A stretch of 64,000 bases of DNA from a candidate division FCPU426 bacterium (GCA_963847625.1 CAWKAR010000060.1:64001-128000), one strand, 5' to 3'. Counted from the first letter of the stretch, positions 21,046 through 32,411 are shown. The notes: a model not told the origin generated them from the letters alone. Numbers and translations: made by a program.

Positions 21046-22626
21046 ATGAGCCCCAATCCCACTTCCGCCGAATCGGAAACACCAGGCCGCATCATCCTGA
21101 CGCCTGGTAAATTAACCGGTAAACCCCAAATCACGATTACAGTTCTTGCCGGGCCAGAACAAGGGCAGGTATTCAAGATTTCAAGACCCACAACCACCAT
21201 AGGACGATCGAATACTTGTGAGATCGTCGTAACTGATCCTTTGGTTTCACGGCAACATTGCCAGATCCTTTTGGGAATGGGGGGCATAAATCTTCGGGAT
21301 TTAGGCAGCACCAATGGGACTTTTCTGAACGGATCCCGTTTAACTGAAAATCCAATAAGAAACCAGGATGTCATTTCTATAGGTTCAACGCGTTTACGTT
21401 TTGCGGTAGAAGTCACCAAAGAAGCTCTGGACTCGCGAAACTATAAAATTGATGAACTTGCACATAAAAAACTTCTAACACTTTATGAGGTCGGCAATAT
21501 TGTCAACTCCGTTCTTGAGTTAAAAACACTTCTTTCAATTATTATGGCAATGGCTATTAAAGTTATGCAAGCAAACCGAGGTTTTCTTCTCATTCGAGAA
21601 AAAAATGGGGAACTAAAGCCGGTTGCCACACATGCTCTGACTACTTCCGAAGCACAAGCACCTTATAGTCAAACCATTGTGGATACCGTTTTGAAAGAAA
21701 GAGTCCCTGTCTTGGTTTTAGACGCTACACAGGACGTTCGTTTTTCAAACCGAGAAAGCCTGCGCGCTCTTCCTCTGTCTTCTGTTATTTGTGTGCCCAT
21801 TTGGGAAAGGGATAATATCGTTGGAGTCATTTACGTGGATAAAGCTGAAGGGACAAACACTTTTAACGAAGAAGACATGTATTTTCTTTCTGCATTTGCC
21901 AACCAAGCAGCGGTAGCGATTACAAACGCCAAGCTTTTTGATGATGTAAGGCGGGAGGAACGATTAAGAACTTCACTTCAACGTTATCTTTCTCCAAATC
22001 TTGTTGATGAAATGGTTCAAAAGAGCGGAGTCACTTTTTCTCTTGGTGGTGAGAAACGAAAAGTTTCTATTTTATTCTGCGATATTCGAGGATTCACCTC
22101 ACTCACGGAGAGGGAACCGGTGGAAGTGGTCGTAACTCTCTTAAATGAATATTTTAGTGCCATGTCCGACGTCATTTTCGCCAATCACGGCACCTTGGAT
22201 AAGTTCATAGGAGATGCCATTATGGCCATCTACGGTGCACCGCTAGATTTGCCGGATAATGCATTTCAATGCGTGAAAACCGCGATTGAAATGAGGGAAA
22301 AATTAGTCTTTCTAAATGAAAAATGGAAATCCGGAAACAGGCCTCAAATTCAGGTCGGTTTCGGCATTAACACGGGCGAGGCCATCGTGGGGAATATCGG
22401 AAGCGAACGTCGTATGGAATACACTGCCATTGGCGATATGGTGAACGTGGCTTCACGAATCGAAGGTGAAACCGGTAGCAATCAGATTTTCATTACCGAA
22501 TCCACTTTCGCGGAATTGGGTAACCGTGTGAACGTCAAAAAGCTCTCCCCGGTGAAGCTAAAAGGAAAAAGCTCTAAAGTCCAAATTTTCGAGGTCCTGG
22601 CCTTGAATAAAACTCCATTGCCCTAA
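21046..22626 (+). CDS. FHA-GAF-class III adenylate cyclase
   Basis: FHA (IGRS, VSRQH, STNGT), GAF (ICVP..GVIYVD..F.EED), cyclase (FCDIRGFT, DKFIGD, TAIGDMVNVASRIE). Confidence 0.93.
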   Translation: MSPNPTSAESETPGRIILTPGKLTGKPQITITVLAGPEQGQVFKISRPTTTIGRSNTCEIVVTDPLVSRQHCQILLGMGGINLRDLGSTNGTFLNGSRLTENPIRNQDVISIGSTRLRFAVEVTKEALDSRNYKIDELAHKKLLTLYEVGNIVNSVLELKTLLSIIMAMAIKVMQANRGFLLIREKNGELKPVATHALTTSEAQAPYSQTIVDTVLKERVPVLVLDATQDVRFSNRESLRALPLSSVICVPIWERDNIVGVIYVDKAEGTNTFNEEDMYFLSAFANQAAVAITNAKLFDDVRREERLRTSLQRYLSPNLVDEMVQKSGVTFSLGGEKRKVSILFCDIRGFTSLTEREPVEVVVTLLNEYFSAMSDVIFANHGTLDKFIGDAIMAIYGAPLDLPDNAFQCVKTAIEMREKLVFLNEKWKSGNRPQIQVGFGINTGEAIVGNIGSERRMEYTAIGDMVNVASRIEGETGSNQIFITESTFAELGNRVNVKKLSPVKLKGKSSKVQIFEVLALNKTPLP

Positions 22627-22728
22627 TCGGATATTTTTTCCAATCCCGGAAACATCCCCGATAAAAATATTTTAAAAATTTATTCCAAGACATGCTTTTT
22701 CTTTTCCTGCCGCTTGATAGAATGGACT

Positions 22729-24549
22729 ATGGGTAAAATCAAAAAACTCCCGGAAAACATCATTAATCAAATCGCCGCGGGTGAAGTCATTGAAAGGCCC
22801 GCATCCGTTGTCAAGGAATTCCTGGAAAACGCGTTGGACGCGGGCGCTAAAAACCTTGAAATAACCGTCCAAGAAGGGGGTCTTAAGCTCATCAAGGTTT
22901 CGGATGACGGGCAGGGCCTTTCTTCCGAAGACGCCCTTCTTTCGATTCAAAAACACGCCACCAGCAAAATATTTTCCTTGGAAGATTTATCGAACATCCA
23001 ATCTTTTGGTTTCCGGGGGGAAGCCTTAGCCAGTATTGCTTCTGTTTGCCATTTTGAAATGACCTCCAGGGAAACCGGAACCCTTTCCGGATTCAGCGTC
23101 AAGGTCAAGGGGGGAGGTAAAATTCAAACCCAAGAAATGGGAAGGCCCGAGGGAACTACCGTTATCGCCGCCAACTTGTTTTTCAATACCCCCGCCCGGC
23201 TCAAATTCATGAAAAAAAAGGCGACAGAGGAAAATCACATTATTTCCGTGGTTTCAAATTACGCCTTGTCTTATCCCGGAAAAACCTTCAAGTTGGTCAT
23301 GGGGGGAAAGACCGTACTATCAACCACTCCGGTTGATTTAAAGGACAGGATCGGACAGGTCTTGGGAAAAGATATTGCCCGCTCCCTGGTCCCGGTCGGC
23401 TTTAAATCGGGAAACATCCAAATCCATGGGGCTGTGAGCCTTCCCACCATTACAAAACCCACCCGGGAAGGCATGCTTTTTTTCGTAAATCATCGTTGGA
23501 TTTCCAACCCCTCCATCGGCCATGCTGTCATGACTGCCTATCACACTTTATTGCCGACCAAGCGTTTTCCCATTGCGGTTTTATTTTTGGAGATTCCTCC
23601 GGATCAGGTGGACGTGAACGTTCATCCCACGAAAAAAGAGGTCAAGTTCGCCAGGGACCGCGAGGTTTATGACGCGGTTGTGGCCGGCGTCAGGGGAGGG
23701 ATTCTTTCATCTTCAAATCCAAAAACGGGCTTCGCAACAATTGATATCCAAAAACCGATTCATTATTTTTCAGTTGATCAAGGTCCGGCTGCGGTTCTGG
23801 AAAAAAGCTTGTTGTTCAAAAATGAAAACAGGGCCGAGCAAAATAACTCTCAGCATGGATTTTTGCCGGCTCCTCTATTGGGAGACAGCCCCGAAAAGAC
23901 ATCAACAACCCCGTTTTTCACTAAAGGGGAACAAACTCCGCGGCGGATTGATCCTGGCATCCAGCTTTACAACTTCACGCAACTCTTTAACACCTTTATC
24001 ATTTTTCAGTCTGATACGGAAATGTTCATCGCGGACCAACACACGGTTCATGAACGGATAAATTATGAACGTTTAATGAATAGTTTGGCCCAAAAAAGGT
24101 CGGAAATACAAACCCTCTTAGTGCCATTAACCCTTGAATTTAATCCCAAAGAGGCGGCCGCCTTAAAAAACAACCTTGAAATCCTGGCAGAACTCGGCTT
24201 GGAAATAACTCCGTTTGGCGGGAATACTTTTTTATTCTCCAGCGTCCCATCCGATTTGAAGGATAAAAACCTAATCCCCCTGTTGAAAGATTTGGCAGAC
24301 GAATTAACTTCCCAAGAAAACACCAATATTAATAATACTAATCGGCTGGCCCAGGTCCGCGAAAAAATAGCGACTTTTCTTTCGTGCCGAAGCGCAGTCA
24401 TGGCGGGGGACCGGCTCAACGACCTTCAAATGAAATCACTGATTGATCAAATGAGAAAAGCAAACCTTCCTTTTACATGTCCACATGGCCGTCCAACGAT
24501 TATTTCCATACCATTGTCAGACCTTTACCGCAAGTTCGACCGGCATTAA
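22729..24549 (+). CDS. mutL: DNA mismatch repair endonuclease MutL
   Basis: NQIAAGEVIERPASVVKE, GFRGEAL, DVNVHPTK, DQHTVHER, CPHGRP. Confidence 0.97.
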   Translation: MGKIKKLPENIINQIAAGEVIERPASVVKEFLENALDAGAKNLEITVQEGGLKLIKVSDDGQGLSSEDALLSIQKHATSKIFSLEDLSNIQSFGFRGEALASIASVCHFEMTSRETGTLSGFSVKVKGGGKIQTQEMGRPEGTTVIAANLFFNTPARLKFMKKKATEENHIISVVSNYALSYPGKTFKLVMGGKTVLSTTPVDLKDRIGQVLGKDIARSLVPVGFKSGNIQIHGAVSLPTITKPTREGMLFFVNHRWISNPSIGHAVMTAYHTLLPTKRFPIAVLFLEIPPDQVDVNVHPTKKEVKFARDREVYDAVVAGVRGGILSSSNPKTGFATIDIQKPIHYFSVDQGPAAVLEKSLLFKNENRAEQNNSQHGFLPAPLLGDSPEKTSTTPFFTKGEQTPRRIDPGIQLYNFTQLFNTFIIFQSDTEMFIADQHTVHERINYERLMNSLAQKRSEIQTLLVPLTLEFNPKEAAALKNNLEILAELGLEITPFGGNTFLFSSVPSDLKDKNLIPLLKDLADELTSQENTNINNTNRLAQVREKIATFLSCRSAVMAGDRLNDLQMKSLIDQMRKANLPFTCPHGRPTIISIPLSDLYRKFDRH

Positions 24550-24580
24550 ATTTACGCAAAATGGTTGAAAGATTATTATT

Positions 24581-25543
24581 GTGAAAAATCCAAACAGACT
24601 CGATTTTTCGAACATAAAAATTCCAATTTTGGTTGGGCCCACTGGAGTCGGGAAATCTGAAATTGCGTTTGCCTTATCTAAAAAGTTGGACCTCGAAATT
24701 CTTTCCGCTGATGCTTACCAGATTTACAAAGGACTGCCGATCGGAACCGCCCAACCTCCCCTCGCCTGGCAAAAACAGACCCCCCATTATTTAGTGGGGG
24801 TTCGAAAACCGGGACTTTCCTGGAGCGCGGCGGAGTTTGCCATAAAGGCCAAAAAAATAATAGAAAATCGCATCCAATCGGGAAAAAGAATATTAATCGT
24901 CGGGGGGGCCGGATTTTACATCAGGGCGTTGGTGGAGGGATTGCCAAACGGTTCTAAAGTGAACCCTAAAATTCGGACCGGGGTGGCTGAAAAATTGAAA
25001 ATAATGAACCATGAAGAGGCGCATAAATGGTTGAGCCAAATAGATCCCGCGGCGAGCAAACGGATTCATGTAAATGATTCAAGAAGAATAAGCAGGGCAT
25101 TGGAAAAAGCATTGGATCCCTCATGCCCGGATGATTTCGAGCCAATAAAAAAAGATCATGTTGATTTTTATGGTTTGGACCTATCAAGCGAAAACTTGGA
25201 TATCATCCTGAAAAATAGAATAGAAGCCATGTGGGTGAACGGCCTTTTAGCCGAATTGGAAAATTTAACGCGTTCGGGAATTTCCCCTCAACATCCCATT
25301 TGGTCTGCCATCGGTTATTTTGAAGCCTTAGCTTTTTTACGCGGTGAAATACCTGAAAAAGTCGCAAAGGAATTGATATTCCGAAGAACACGGCAATACG
25401 CCAAGCGCCAGAGAACGTGGTTTAAACGTCAACATCAAGTTGAATGGATAAATTTAGATCATATCGGTAAAGAAACAGCGGTGGAAATATTGGCAAAAAA
25501 AATTAATGCAAATTGGAGAAATAATGCGAACCATTCGGATTAG
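24581..25543 (+). CDS. miaA: tRNA dimethylallyltransferase
   Basis: GPTGVGKS, SADAYQIY, VGGAGFY, TRQYAKRQRTWF; follows mutL. Confidence 0.96.
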   Translation: MKNPNRLDFSNIKIPILVGPTGVGKSEIAFALSKKLDLEILSADAYQIYKGLPIGTAQPPLAWQKQTPHYLVGVRKPGLSWSAAEFAIKAKKIIENRIQSGKRILIVGGAGFYIRALVEGLPNGSKVNPKIRTGVAEKLKIMNHEEAHKWLSQIDPAASKRIHVNDSRRISRALEKALDPSCPDDFEPIKKDHVDFYGLDLSSENLDIILKNRIEAMWVNGLLAELENLTRSGISPQHPIWSAIGYFEALAFLRGEIPEKVAKELIFRRTRQYAKRQRTWFKRQHQVEWINLDHIGKETAVEILAKKINANWRNNANHSD

Positions 25544-25967
25544 GGTGGCGGGTATTTTGATTCATGACGGTAAAATTCTTCTAGTCAAACATGAAAAAAA
25601 CAACGAAACATACTGGCTTTTGCCCGGCGGCGGAATTGAATATGGAGAATCCGTTGAAAACGCGCTTATACGGGAATTCCAGGAGGAGGTTGGCATCGAT
25701 ATAAAAGTCGGGAAACTGGTTTTGGTCCATGATTCGATTCCGCCGAAATTGTTTAGGCATGTTTTAAATTTGTATTTTCTTGTTACTGCCAATAGTTTTG
25801 AAATAAAAGTGACCCGAGATTCAGTCCTTGTAGATGCCGCCTTCGTCTCCTTGGAAGAATTTCCAGGCGTGCCAGTTAAACCCGATGTGAAAAAAGAAGT
25901 CCTAAATGGTTATCGGGAAAAATGGTTAAAAGAGAGTTTATACCTCGGTAACCTTTGGAATGATTAA
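25524..25967 (+). CDS. NUDIX hydrolase
   Basis: Nudix box GGIEYGESVENALIREFQEEVG; GGAG before ATG 25524. Confidence 0.92.
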   Translation: MRTIRIRVAGILIHDGKILLVKHEKNNETYWLLPGGGIEYGESVENALIREFQEEVGIDIKVGKLVLVHDSIPPKLFRHVLNLYFLVTANSFEIKVTRDSVLVDAAFVSLEEFPGVPVKPDVKKEVLNGYREKWLKESLYLGNLWND

Positions 25968-26178
25968 AAGGGAATTTTTCAATCAAATTTAATGCCATTA
26001 TTCGTTAATAGGGTTTTTTATGTATTTTTATACGCAAAAGGATATACGGGCAAAAAAGGTCAAAAAAACAAACACTAGTTTTGCCAAGGTTAAACTGGGT
26101 TGGATATCGTGTCTGAAGTCCAGTAATTATCTTCTGATTATTGCATCGTTTTTCTTAGTCTGTTACCATAATTGACTC

Positions 26179-27150
26179 ATGAACCCAGACCCATCCCAAC
26201 CGACAAAAAAAAGTTCGAAATTTTATATCCTTTTAATATCACTTTTTTCATTATTCGTTTTAAGTTTGATTTTTGTCGTTTATACGGTTCAAAAAGTAAT
26301 CGGTCATAATTCCACTTCTTTACTTTCTTTAAACTCGAATGAAATCTCTTTAATTGAGATCCAGGGGCCTATTTATGAGAGCGATGATATTGTCCGAAGG
26401 ATTAAACGCTTTAAAAACAGCTCGAAAAAGGCGCTGATCTTAAGGATCAACAGTCCGGGGGGCGCAGTTGCCCCTTCGCAGGAAATTTATACTGAAATAT
26501 TAAGCGCGAGAAACAACAAAAAAATTATCGTGGCAAGTTTGGGAAGTTTGGCTGCTTCGGGGGCCTATTATATTGCGGCCGCATGTGACAAGATCGTTGC
26601 CGATCCTGGAACCGTGACTGGTTCCATTGGAGTCATTGCTGAATTTCCGGATGCATCCAAACTTTTAGGTAAAATTGGGGTGAATTTTCAAATTGTAAAG
26701 AGCGGAAAATTTAAGGATACCGGCACTTTTGATCGCCCAATGACTCCCGCGGAAAAACGCTACCTTCAAGAAACAATTAACGATGTTTTTCAACAATTTG
26801 TAGATTCTGTTATAAAATGTCGAAAGGAAGTTTTTCAGGAAAAGTTATCAAAGTTTCTTGGGAAAAAAACCTCGAAAATAACTGAAAAAGAAATCCACAA
26901 CCATATTCTTCATTATGCAGATGGAAGGGTCTTAACAGGGAAAAATGCCTGTGAATTGGGTTTTGTCGATAAACTAGGAAATTATTATGATGCCGTGCGT
27001 TTAGCCGCAGATTTAGCGGGAATAAAAGGGGAACCAACAGTCCGTCGAGACGAATCATTGAAATTGGATCAAATTTTCAACAGTATATTGCCCTTTAGAT
27101 GGTTAAGCGATATGGGAAGTTCATTTCATCTTGATTATCGTGCCTTTTAG
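26179..27150 (+). CDS. sppA: Signal peptide peptidase SppA (S49, 36K type)
   Basis: INSPGG, AASGAYY, TGSIGV, KSGKFKD, ADGRVLTG. Confidence 0.93.
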   Translation: MNPDPSQPTKKSSKFYILLISLFSLFVLSLIFVVYTVQKVIGHNSTSLLSLNSNEISLIEIQGPIYESDDIVRRIKRFKNSSKKALILRINSPGGAVAPSQEIYTEILSARNNKKIIVASLGSLAASGAYYIAAACDKIVADPGTVTGSIGVIAEFPDASKLLGKIGVNFQIVKSGKFKDTGTFDRPMTPAEKRYLQETINDVFQQFVDSVIKCRKEVFQEKLSKFLGKKTSKITEKEIHNHILHYADGRVLTGKNACELGFVDKLGNYYDAVRLAADLAGIKGEPTVRRDESLKLDQIFNSILPFRWLSDMGSSFHLDYRAF

Positions 27151-27189
27151 TTGCCGTTCTATTATATTTTTATCTTCTAGGAGGAACAT

Positions 27190-29013
27190 TTGGCGGAAAC
27201 TAAACCTCAAAATCCAAAAGCTGCGCCTGATCCAGCCCCAATGCCAGTAACGATTGCTGCCACACCCACGGCGGTTCCGGAAAAAAATAAGTATTTAACT
27301 AAGATAAAAAGTTTTTTAACAACCACTATGTTTTTCATGTCGGGTTTTATTTTTATATTTCTGTCAATTTTAATGAAATATACCAGTTTGATTCCGGAAT
27401 CAGTCCAAACTTTCGTAAATCATTTTATTCCGCGATTGCTTTGGTTCATCGCTGGAATTGGGTTTATTCTTTTGGGGCAGGCAATGTTTTTGACTAGTAA
27501 GGAATATTCCGCTGAGTACAAAAATAATCGCAATTCACCTCATTCTTGGAAAATTCCTCTAATCTCAACACTTGGGTCGATTCTTTCTGTGGCCGGAGTT
27601 TATGGATTGTTGGTGAGTTTAAAAATATTCCCGGCAATTCAAAATATTATGGTTTTAATTTTTTTATTTCTTGTTTTTTGTTGTTATATTCTTTGGTATG
27701 TATTTGCACATTTGAAAAACCGTTATCCAACTATTGCCGGTCTTCGAGTGGGCATGGTTGCTTTTATTCTTTCATCCGTATCCTTTTTATCCTGGACCTG
27801 GACCCAATATGTTTTTTTAAGTCTTATTTTTGGCATTTTCGGAATCATTTCGGTAGTTGTAAGTTTAGTCCTGGTTCCTTTTGAAAAAGAAGAACAACGT
27901 GGGAATTGGCTAAGAATTTGTTGCATATTAATAAGCGTTATCTTTCTTTTATATGTTGGAATTAATTCCTTTTTTATTAATAAATCACATATTAATTTAG
28001 TAAATCTAGGTGCAGTCCAACAAAATATTGCTGGTAAAGTTGATAACCTTACCTATTCTCCCGATGGAAAAAAAATTGCCTTTTCACAAAAAGTGGGGAA
28101 GGAATGGTTCTTACAAGTTGTTGATCCGAAGAACCCACAATATAAAGTATTCAAGATTAAGGCTGGCGAAAATTCATTTCGACCAGTATTTATAGAAAAT
28201 GGTGGGTATATTTTAATTGATAGTGTTAATAACGGATTACGTAATATCTCGAAAATTAATGTCGGGAATGGTGCTTTAGTAAATATAACTTCTAGCGGAG
28301 TAGAAAAATTCGGTGATGGGATTCCTTGGTCAGAAACACGTAAAGAGTTTCTGTATGTTGTTCAAAATTCCAATTCATGGGAATTGAAAACTTTTTCCGC
28401 TTTAACTGGTAATTCAAACGTTCTTTTTGATTCCACTAAACCAATATTGACACCATCTTGGACTTCTTCTGGAAAGGTGGTTTACGCTGATTCCTATTCC
28501 GATCGCCCTTATATATTCGATTTAAATACAAAAACATCAAACCTTGTTATATCGGATGATGAAAAAACTGAACGCTTTCAGGAAAATAATAAAATAAAGT
28601 CCGGTATTCCTGTTGATGAAGTAATTCCGGCACCTGATGGTTTTCGATATCTCTATTTAACACGAAATTCCTCTAAAAACATTTCTTCAGTTTGGACAGT
28701 TTTTTCAGATGGGACTAAGGCTTCCAAGCTTTACGAAACAACAGGAGACATTAAATCTTTTTCATGGAATGCTGACTCACAACAAATTGTTTTTGAAGAA
28801 AGTTGTTCTCAAATGGGATTTTTTACTAAAATGAAAAATATAGAAATTCTTGACGCAAACCTCATGGAAATAAAATCCCTTCTTTTACCCCAAGTTTCCC
28901 ATTATTCTCCGGCCGTTTCTCCCGACGGTGTGAAAATAGCATTTGTGGGAAACCATAGTTTGTGGAATCCCTTAATTGGAAGTTCCGGAATTTGGATAGC
29001 TGTTCTACGTTAA
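27190..29013 (+). CDS. Multi-pass membrane protein with C-terminal TolB-like (PD40) beta-propeller
   Basis: About 7 TM helices, then YSPDGKKIAF ... SWNADSQQIVF ... VSPDGVKIAF repeats. Confidence 0.8.
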   Translation: MAETKPQNPKAAPDPAPMPVTIAATPTAVPEKNKYLTKIKSFLTTTMFFMSGFIFIFLSILMKYTSLIPESVQTFVNHFIPRLLWFIAGIGFILLGQAMFLTSKEYSAEYKNNRNSPHSWKIPLISTLGSILSVAGVYGLLVSLKIFPAIQNIMVLIFLFLVFCCYILWYVFAHLKNRYPTIAGLRVGMVAFILSSVSFLSWTWTQYVFLSLIFGIFGIISVVVSLVLVPFEKEEQRGNWLRICCILISVIFLLYVGINSFFINKSHINLVNLGAVQQNIAGKVDNLTYSPDGKKIAFSQKVGKEWFLQVVDPKNPQYKVFKIKAGENSFRPVFIENGGYILIDSVNNGLRNISKINVGNGALVNITSSGVEKFGDGIPWSETRKEFLYVVQNSNSWELKTFSALTGNSNVLFDSTKPILTPSWTSSGKVVYADSYSDRPYIFDLNTKTSNLVISDDEKTERFQENNKIKSGIPVDEVIPAPDGFRYLYLTRNSSKNISSVWTVFSDGTKASKLYETTGDIKSFSWNADSQQIVFEESCSQMGFFTKMKNIEILDANLMEIKSLLLPQVSHYSPAVSPDGVKIAFVGNHSLWNPLIGSSGIWIAVLR

Positions 29014-29046
29014 ACCGCTACCATTTCTCTTCCTAAAGAGCTAATA

Positions 29047-32000
29047 ATGAAGTCCGCTCTTTTTCATAAATTTCAATTTTTCATCGTTATTTGTATTTTC
29101 ATGACTCTTCATGCCAGGGCTGATCTTGATTTCGGTAACAATAAAGTTCGATATCATACCGATCACCATTGGAAAATTTTAGAAAGCCAGCACTTTGAGA
29201 TTTATTATTATAAAGAGTGTGAAGCCTTCGCTCATATTGCGGTTCAATGTGCTGAAAATGCATTTGTAAATACATGTAAAGTATTTGATTATGTTCCAAT
29301 AAATAAAATCCCCCTTTTTCTTTACGGAACCGGTCTGGAATTCCAAGAGACCAACATTACACCCGAAATTCTATCGGAGGGTGTCGGTGGTTTTACTGAG
29401 ATTTTTAAAAACCGAATATCCGTTCCCATCAATGGATCCTATTACGAATTTGAAAAAGTACTTCATCATGAATTAACCCATGCTTTTCAATACGATCTTA
29501 TTTATGGAGAAAGTTGGCGTTCAATTAATTTATTTAAATCGATTCTTGTACCCACTTGGATGATGGAAGGAATGGCCGAGTGGAATGCTCAACACCTTGA
29601 CGGACAAGGTGAAATGGTTTTAAGGGACGCAATCCTTAACGACCAAGTATTGCCGTTGAATATCCTCGAATCTTTTGACCACTTCGAACAAGTTTATATG
29701 GCATATAAGGAATCGCAGAGCATATTGGATTATATTTCCCAGCTATATGGTTCAGAAATAGTCGCTCAAATATTCAAAAAAATGGCAGTCAATCAATCTC
29801 CGGATACTGCAGTCAAAAATACCATTGGAATATCATTGGATGAACTTTATGAAAATTGGCATTTTTTTATAAAAAGCCAAACATGGTCAAGAATAAATGG
29901 ACTTCCAACACCTGAAAAATACGGGGAACTGATTGAAAAGGGAGCCACGAAGGCAACCGTTTCGCCTGATGAGATTGCTATAGCCTATATCAAGGGTGAA
30001 GATCTCATCCTATATAACCTCTCAAGTAAGACCAAAAAAGTGCTTACTCATAAAAAATTTGAAACACAAGGTTCAGGTATTGTCTGGTCACCAAATGGCA
30101 ATTATCTCGCCTTTTCAGCGGCACGAAATGGCGAATATAAACTTTCTATAATTGAAATTAAAAATCGTAAAATCCAAGAGTTTAACATGCCGAAATTACC
30201 GATAATTTACTCACCTTCTTGGTCACCCGACCAAAGATATATCATTTTTTCTGCTTTTGATTATTCAACTGTTGATCTTTATAGACTGGAATTTTCTACC
30301 GGTAAAATTGAACGTTTGACGAACAATTTAATTACAAAATCATGGGCGACCTATTCTCAGGACGGAAAAGTAGTGTATTTTTTGGGAGAAGACTCGGGAG
30401 AAACCAAAATATATCGTATGAACCTAAATGAGAAAGGGTTTACTCTGGTAAACCCGGAAATTGTTGGAAAAGATTTAGCGACTATTTCTTCTTTTCAAGT
30501 AATGAAGGACTCTATTTATTTTACATCTAATCGAAATAATAGAATTTTCAATTTATTTAAAATGAATCTGAATGGCGACCAATTGACACAGTTGACAAAC
30601 ACATATGTGGATGTGTTAAGTGTAGCCCCCTTGCCAAATAAGAAGGTATTTGTAACCCTTTATCAACATGCTCAGGTTGGTTTGTACTCTTTCCTGGCCG
30701 AAAAGCTCGATCAAAATACTCAACCACCAATTAATTTAAAATATTTGGCAAACTCATTTGAAAATGCTTCAAAAATACTAGCGAACAATCCGACTAAGAA
30801 CTTGATTAAAAAAGATGAAACAAAAGAAAAAATGAATATTTCAACTTTAGAAGATAGTCAAAACAAAAAAGAACCAGAAAAAACCCCGGAGCAAATAAGA
30901 AAGATAGAAGTAACTGATTCTTCAAATATTGTTCAACTTCAATGGCCGGTAACCACAGTGGAAGGAGGGGCGGAAATCGACAATTATCGAATTTATCGAT
31001 CTACTGATTCCGGGCAACATTTTATTTTTCTTGGTTCCACATCCAATTCACGCGATGGTAAATATACTGATTACAATGTTAAAAAAGGGGAATCATACTT
31101 CTATTATGTAACAGCAATAAATAAAAAAGGAGAAAGTCTACCTTCTCCCATTGTTCCCGCTATTCCTACTTTCAATCTTTCTTCAAGAGATTATCAATTC
31201 AAATTTACCCCGGACATTCTTTTACTTTTAGCGGGTTATGACAGTTCTGCGGGTTTTGTTGGGGGGGGTATTGCTCAATTCAGCGATTATCTCGGCGATA
31301 ACCGTTTAAGCCTAATTGGCGATACTGTCCCTGGCGTCGAAACTGGCATTCAAACGAATTATGAGTTTTCACCTTGGAGAACAACCATAGATCTGAACTA
31401 TTATTATTTTCAAAATTATCTGAATATTTATGACCTTCAAACCGGAAATATCGTTAACCAATATCGCAATAATGAAAACGGGATGGATTTAAATTTCAGT
31501 TATCCGTTGGATTCTTTTACTCGATTTGAATATGGCATTGGCACACAACGTTTTCAAGGCAACCCGTTATACCTTCAATTTTCAGAAGGGATTTCCAATT
31601 ATTCTCTAAATTCCGACCTGTGGAATGTGGCCAATTATTATCGCATTTCATTAGTTGAAGAAAAAAGAAAGGGAGAACGATTCTGGCCTAGCAATGGATA
31701 CGCTTTTAATTTTACCCTCTTGCACGCGCTTCCGGTTTTAGATTCAAATGTTTCATTTGCAAATATTCTTTTTGAAACTCAAGTCTTCGCGGATATAAAT
31801 TTTTTAAATCATCTAGTGTGGGCTAATCGAATTATCGGGATGACATCCCAAGGCCCGAATCCCCAGTCGTTTTTTATTGGTAACGATGAACTTTTTCAAG
31901 CTTACTTTACTACTATCCGTGGTTACGGCAATAAAACTTTTTTCGGTAGTAACCTAGCGCTTTTGAATACCGAGTTAAGATATCCTATTGCAAACAACAT

Positions 32001-32256
32001 GAATTTTTTATTACAACCACTTTCATTTGTCATGATTAAAGATATTGAGCTAGCTGGTTTCGTGGATAACGGAATCATGGCTGACCAACTTCAAAATATG
32101 GCAAAATCACCCCTTTTGTGCAGTATCGGAACTGGGTTGCGTTTTTACACTTTTCTCTACCAACGAGCGCTGGTTATGCTCCGTTTTGATGTTGCCTGGC
32201 GGTTGGACGGGTCATATCCACCAACCTTTCATTTTAATTTAGCGCCGATATTTTGA
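29047..32256 (+). CDS. Zn-metallopeptidase + PD40 propeller + FN3 + Omp85/BamA-like barrel fusion
   Basis: Signal peptide, HHELTH and WMMEGMAE, WSPD repeats, FN3 (YRIYRS..YFYYVTA..GES), IRGY lid-like motif, ELRYP, GTGLR, terminal F. Confidence 0.85.
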   Translation: MKSALFHKFQFFIVICIFMTLHARADLDFGNNKVRYHTDHHWKILESQHFEIYYYKECEAFAHIAVQCAENAFVNTCKVFDYVPINKIPLFLYGTGLEFQETNITPEILSEGVGGFTEIFKNRISVPINGSYYEFEKVLHHELTHAFQYDLIYGESWRSINLFKSILVPTWMMEGMAEWNAQHLDGQGEMVLRDAILNDQVLPLNILESFDHFEQVYMAYKESQSILDYISQLYGSEIVAQIFKKMAVNQSPDTAVKNTIGISLDELYENWHFFIKSQTWSRINGLPTPEKYGELIEKGATKATVSPDEIAIAYIKGEDLILYNLSSKTKKVLTHKKFETQGSGIVWSPNGNYLAFSAARNGEYKLSIIEIKNRKIQEFNMPKLPIIYSPSWSPDQRYIIFSAFDYSTVDLYRLEFSTGKIERLTNNLITKSWATYSQDGKVVYFLGEDSGETKIYRMNLNEKGFTLVNPEIVGKDLATISSFQVMKDSIYFTSNRNNRIFNLFKMNLNGDQLTQLTNTYVDVLSVAPLPNKKVFVTLYQHAQVGLYSFLAEKLDQNTQPPINLKYLANSFENASKILANNPTKNLIKKDETKEKMNISTLEDSQNKKEPEKTPEQIRKIEVTDSSNIVQLQWPVTTVEGGAEIDNYRIYRSTDSGQHFIFLGSTSNSRDGKYTDYNVKKGESYFYYVTAINKKGESLPSPIVPAIPTFNLSSRDYQFKFTPDILLLLAGYDSSAGFVGGGIAQFSDYLGDNRLSLIGDTVPGVETGIQTNYEFSPWRTTIDLNYYYFQNYLNIYDLQTGNIVNQYRNNENGMDLNFSYPLDSFTRFEYGIGTQRFQGNPLYLQFSEGISNYSLNSDLWNVANYYRISLVEEKRKGERFWPSNGYAFNFTLLHALPVLDSNVSFANILFETQVFADINFLNHLVWANRIIGMTSQGPNPQSFFIGNDELFQAYFTTIRGYGNKTFFGSNLALLNTELRYPIANNMNFLLQPLSFVMIKDIELAGFVDNGIMADQLQNMAKSPLLCSIGTGLRFYTFLYQRALVMLRFDVAWRLDGSYPPTFHFNLAPIF

Positions 32257-32411
32257 TTACAAAATCCCATCGTGATAAAAACAAGTTGGTTCAATAGTAT
32301 GGAACCGTTATAATACTTCCGGGTTTGTTGAACAATTTCATTGTAAGGTTATGCTGCTCTAAAAACCCAGTAAATCAGTTTTAATCATTCATTAAATTTT
32401 GAGGTTATTCA

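Noticed and set aside
25968..26178. hfq or sRNA downstream of miaA
   Set aside because: AT-rich spacer with no Hfq ORF or convincing structure.
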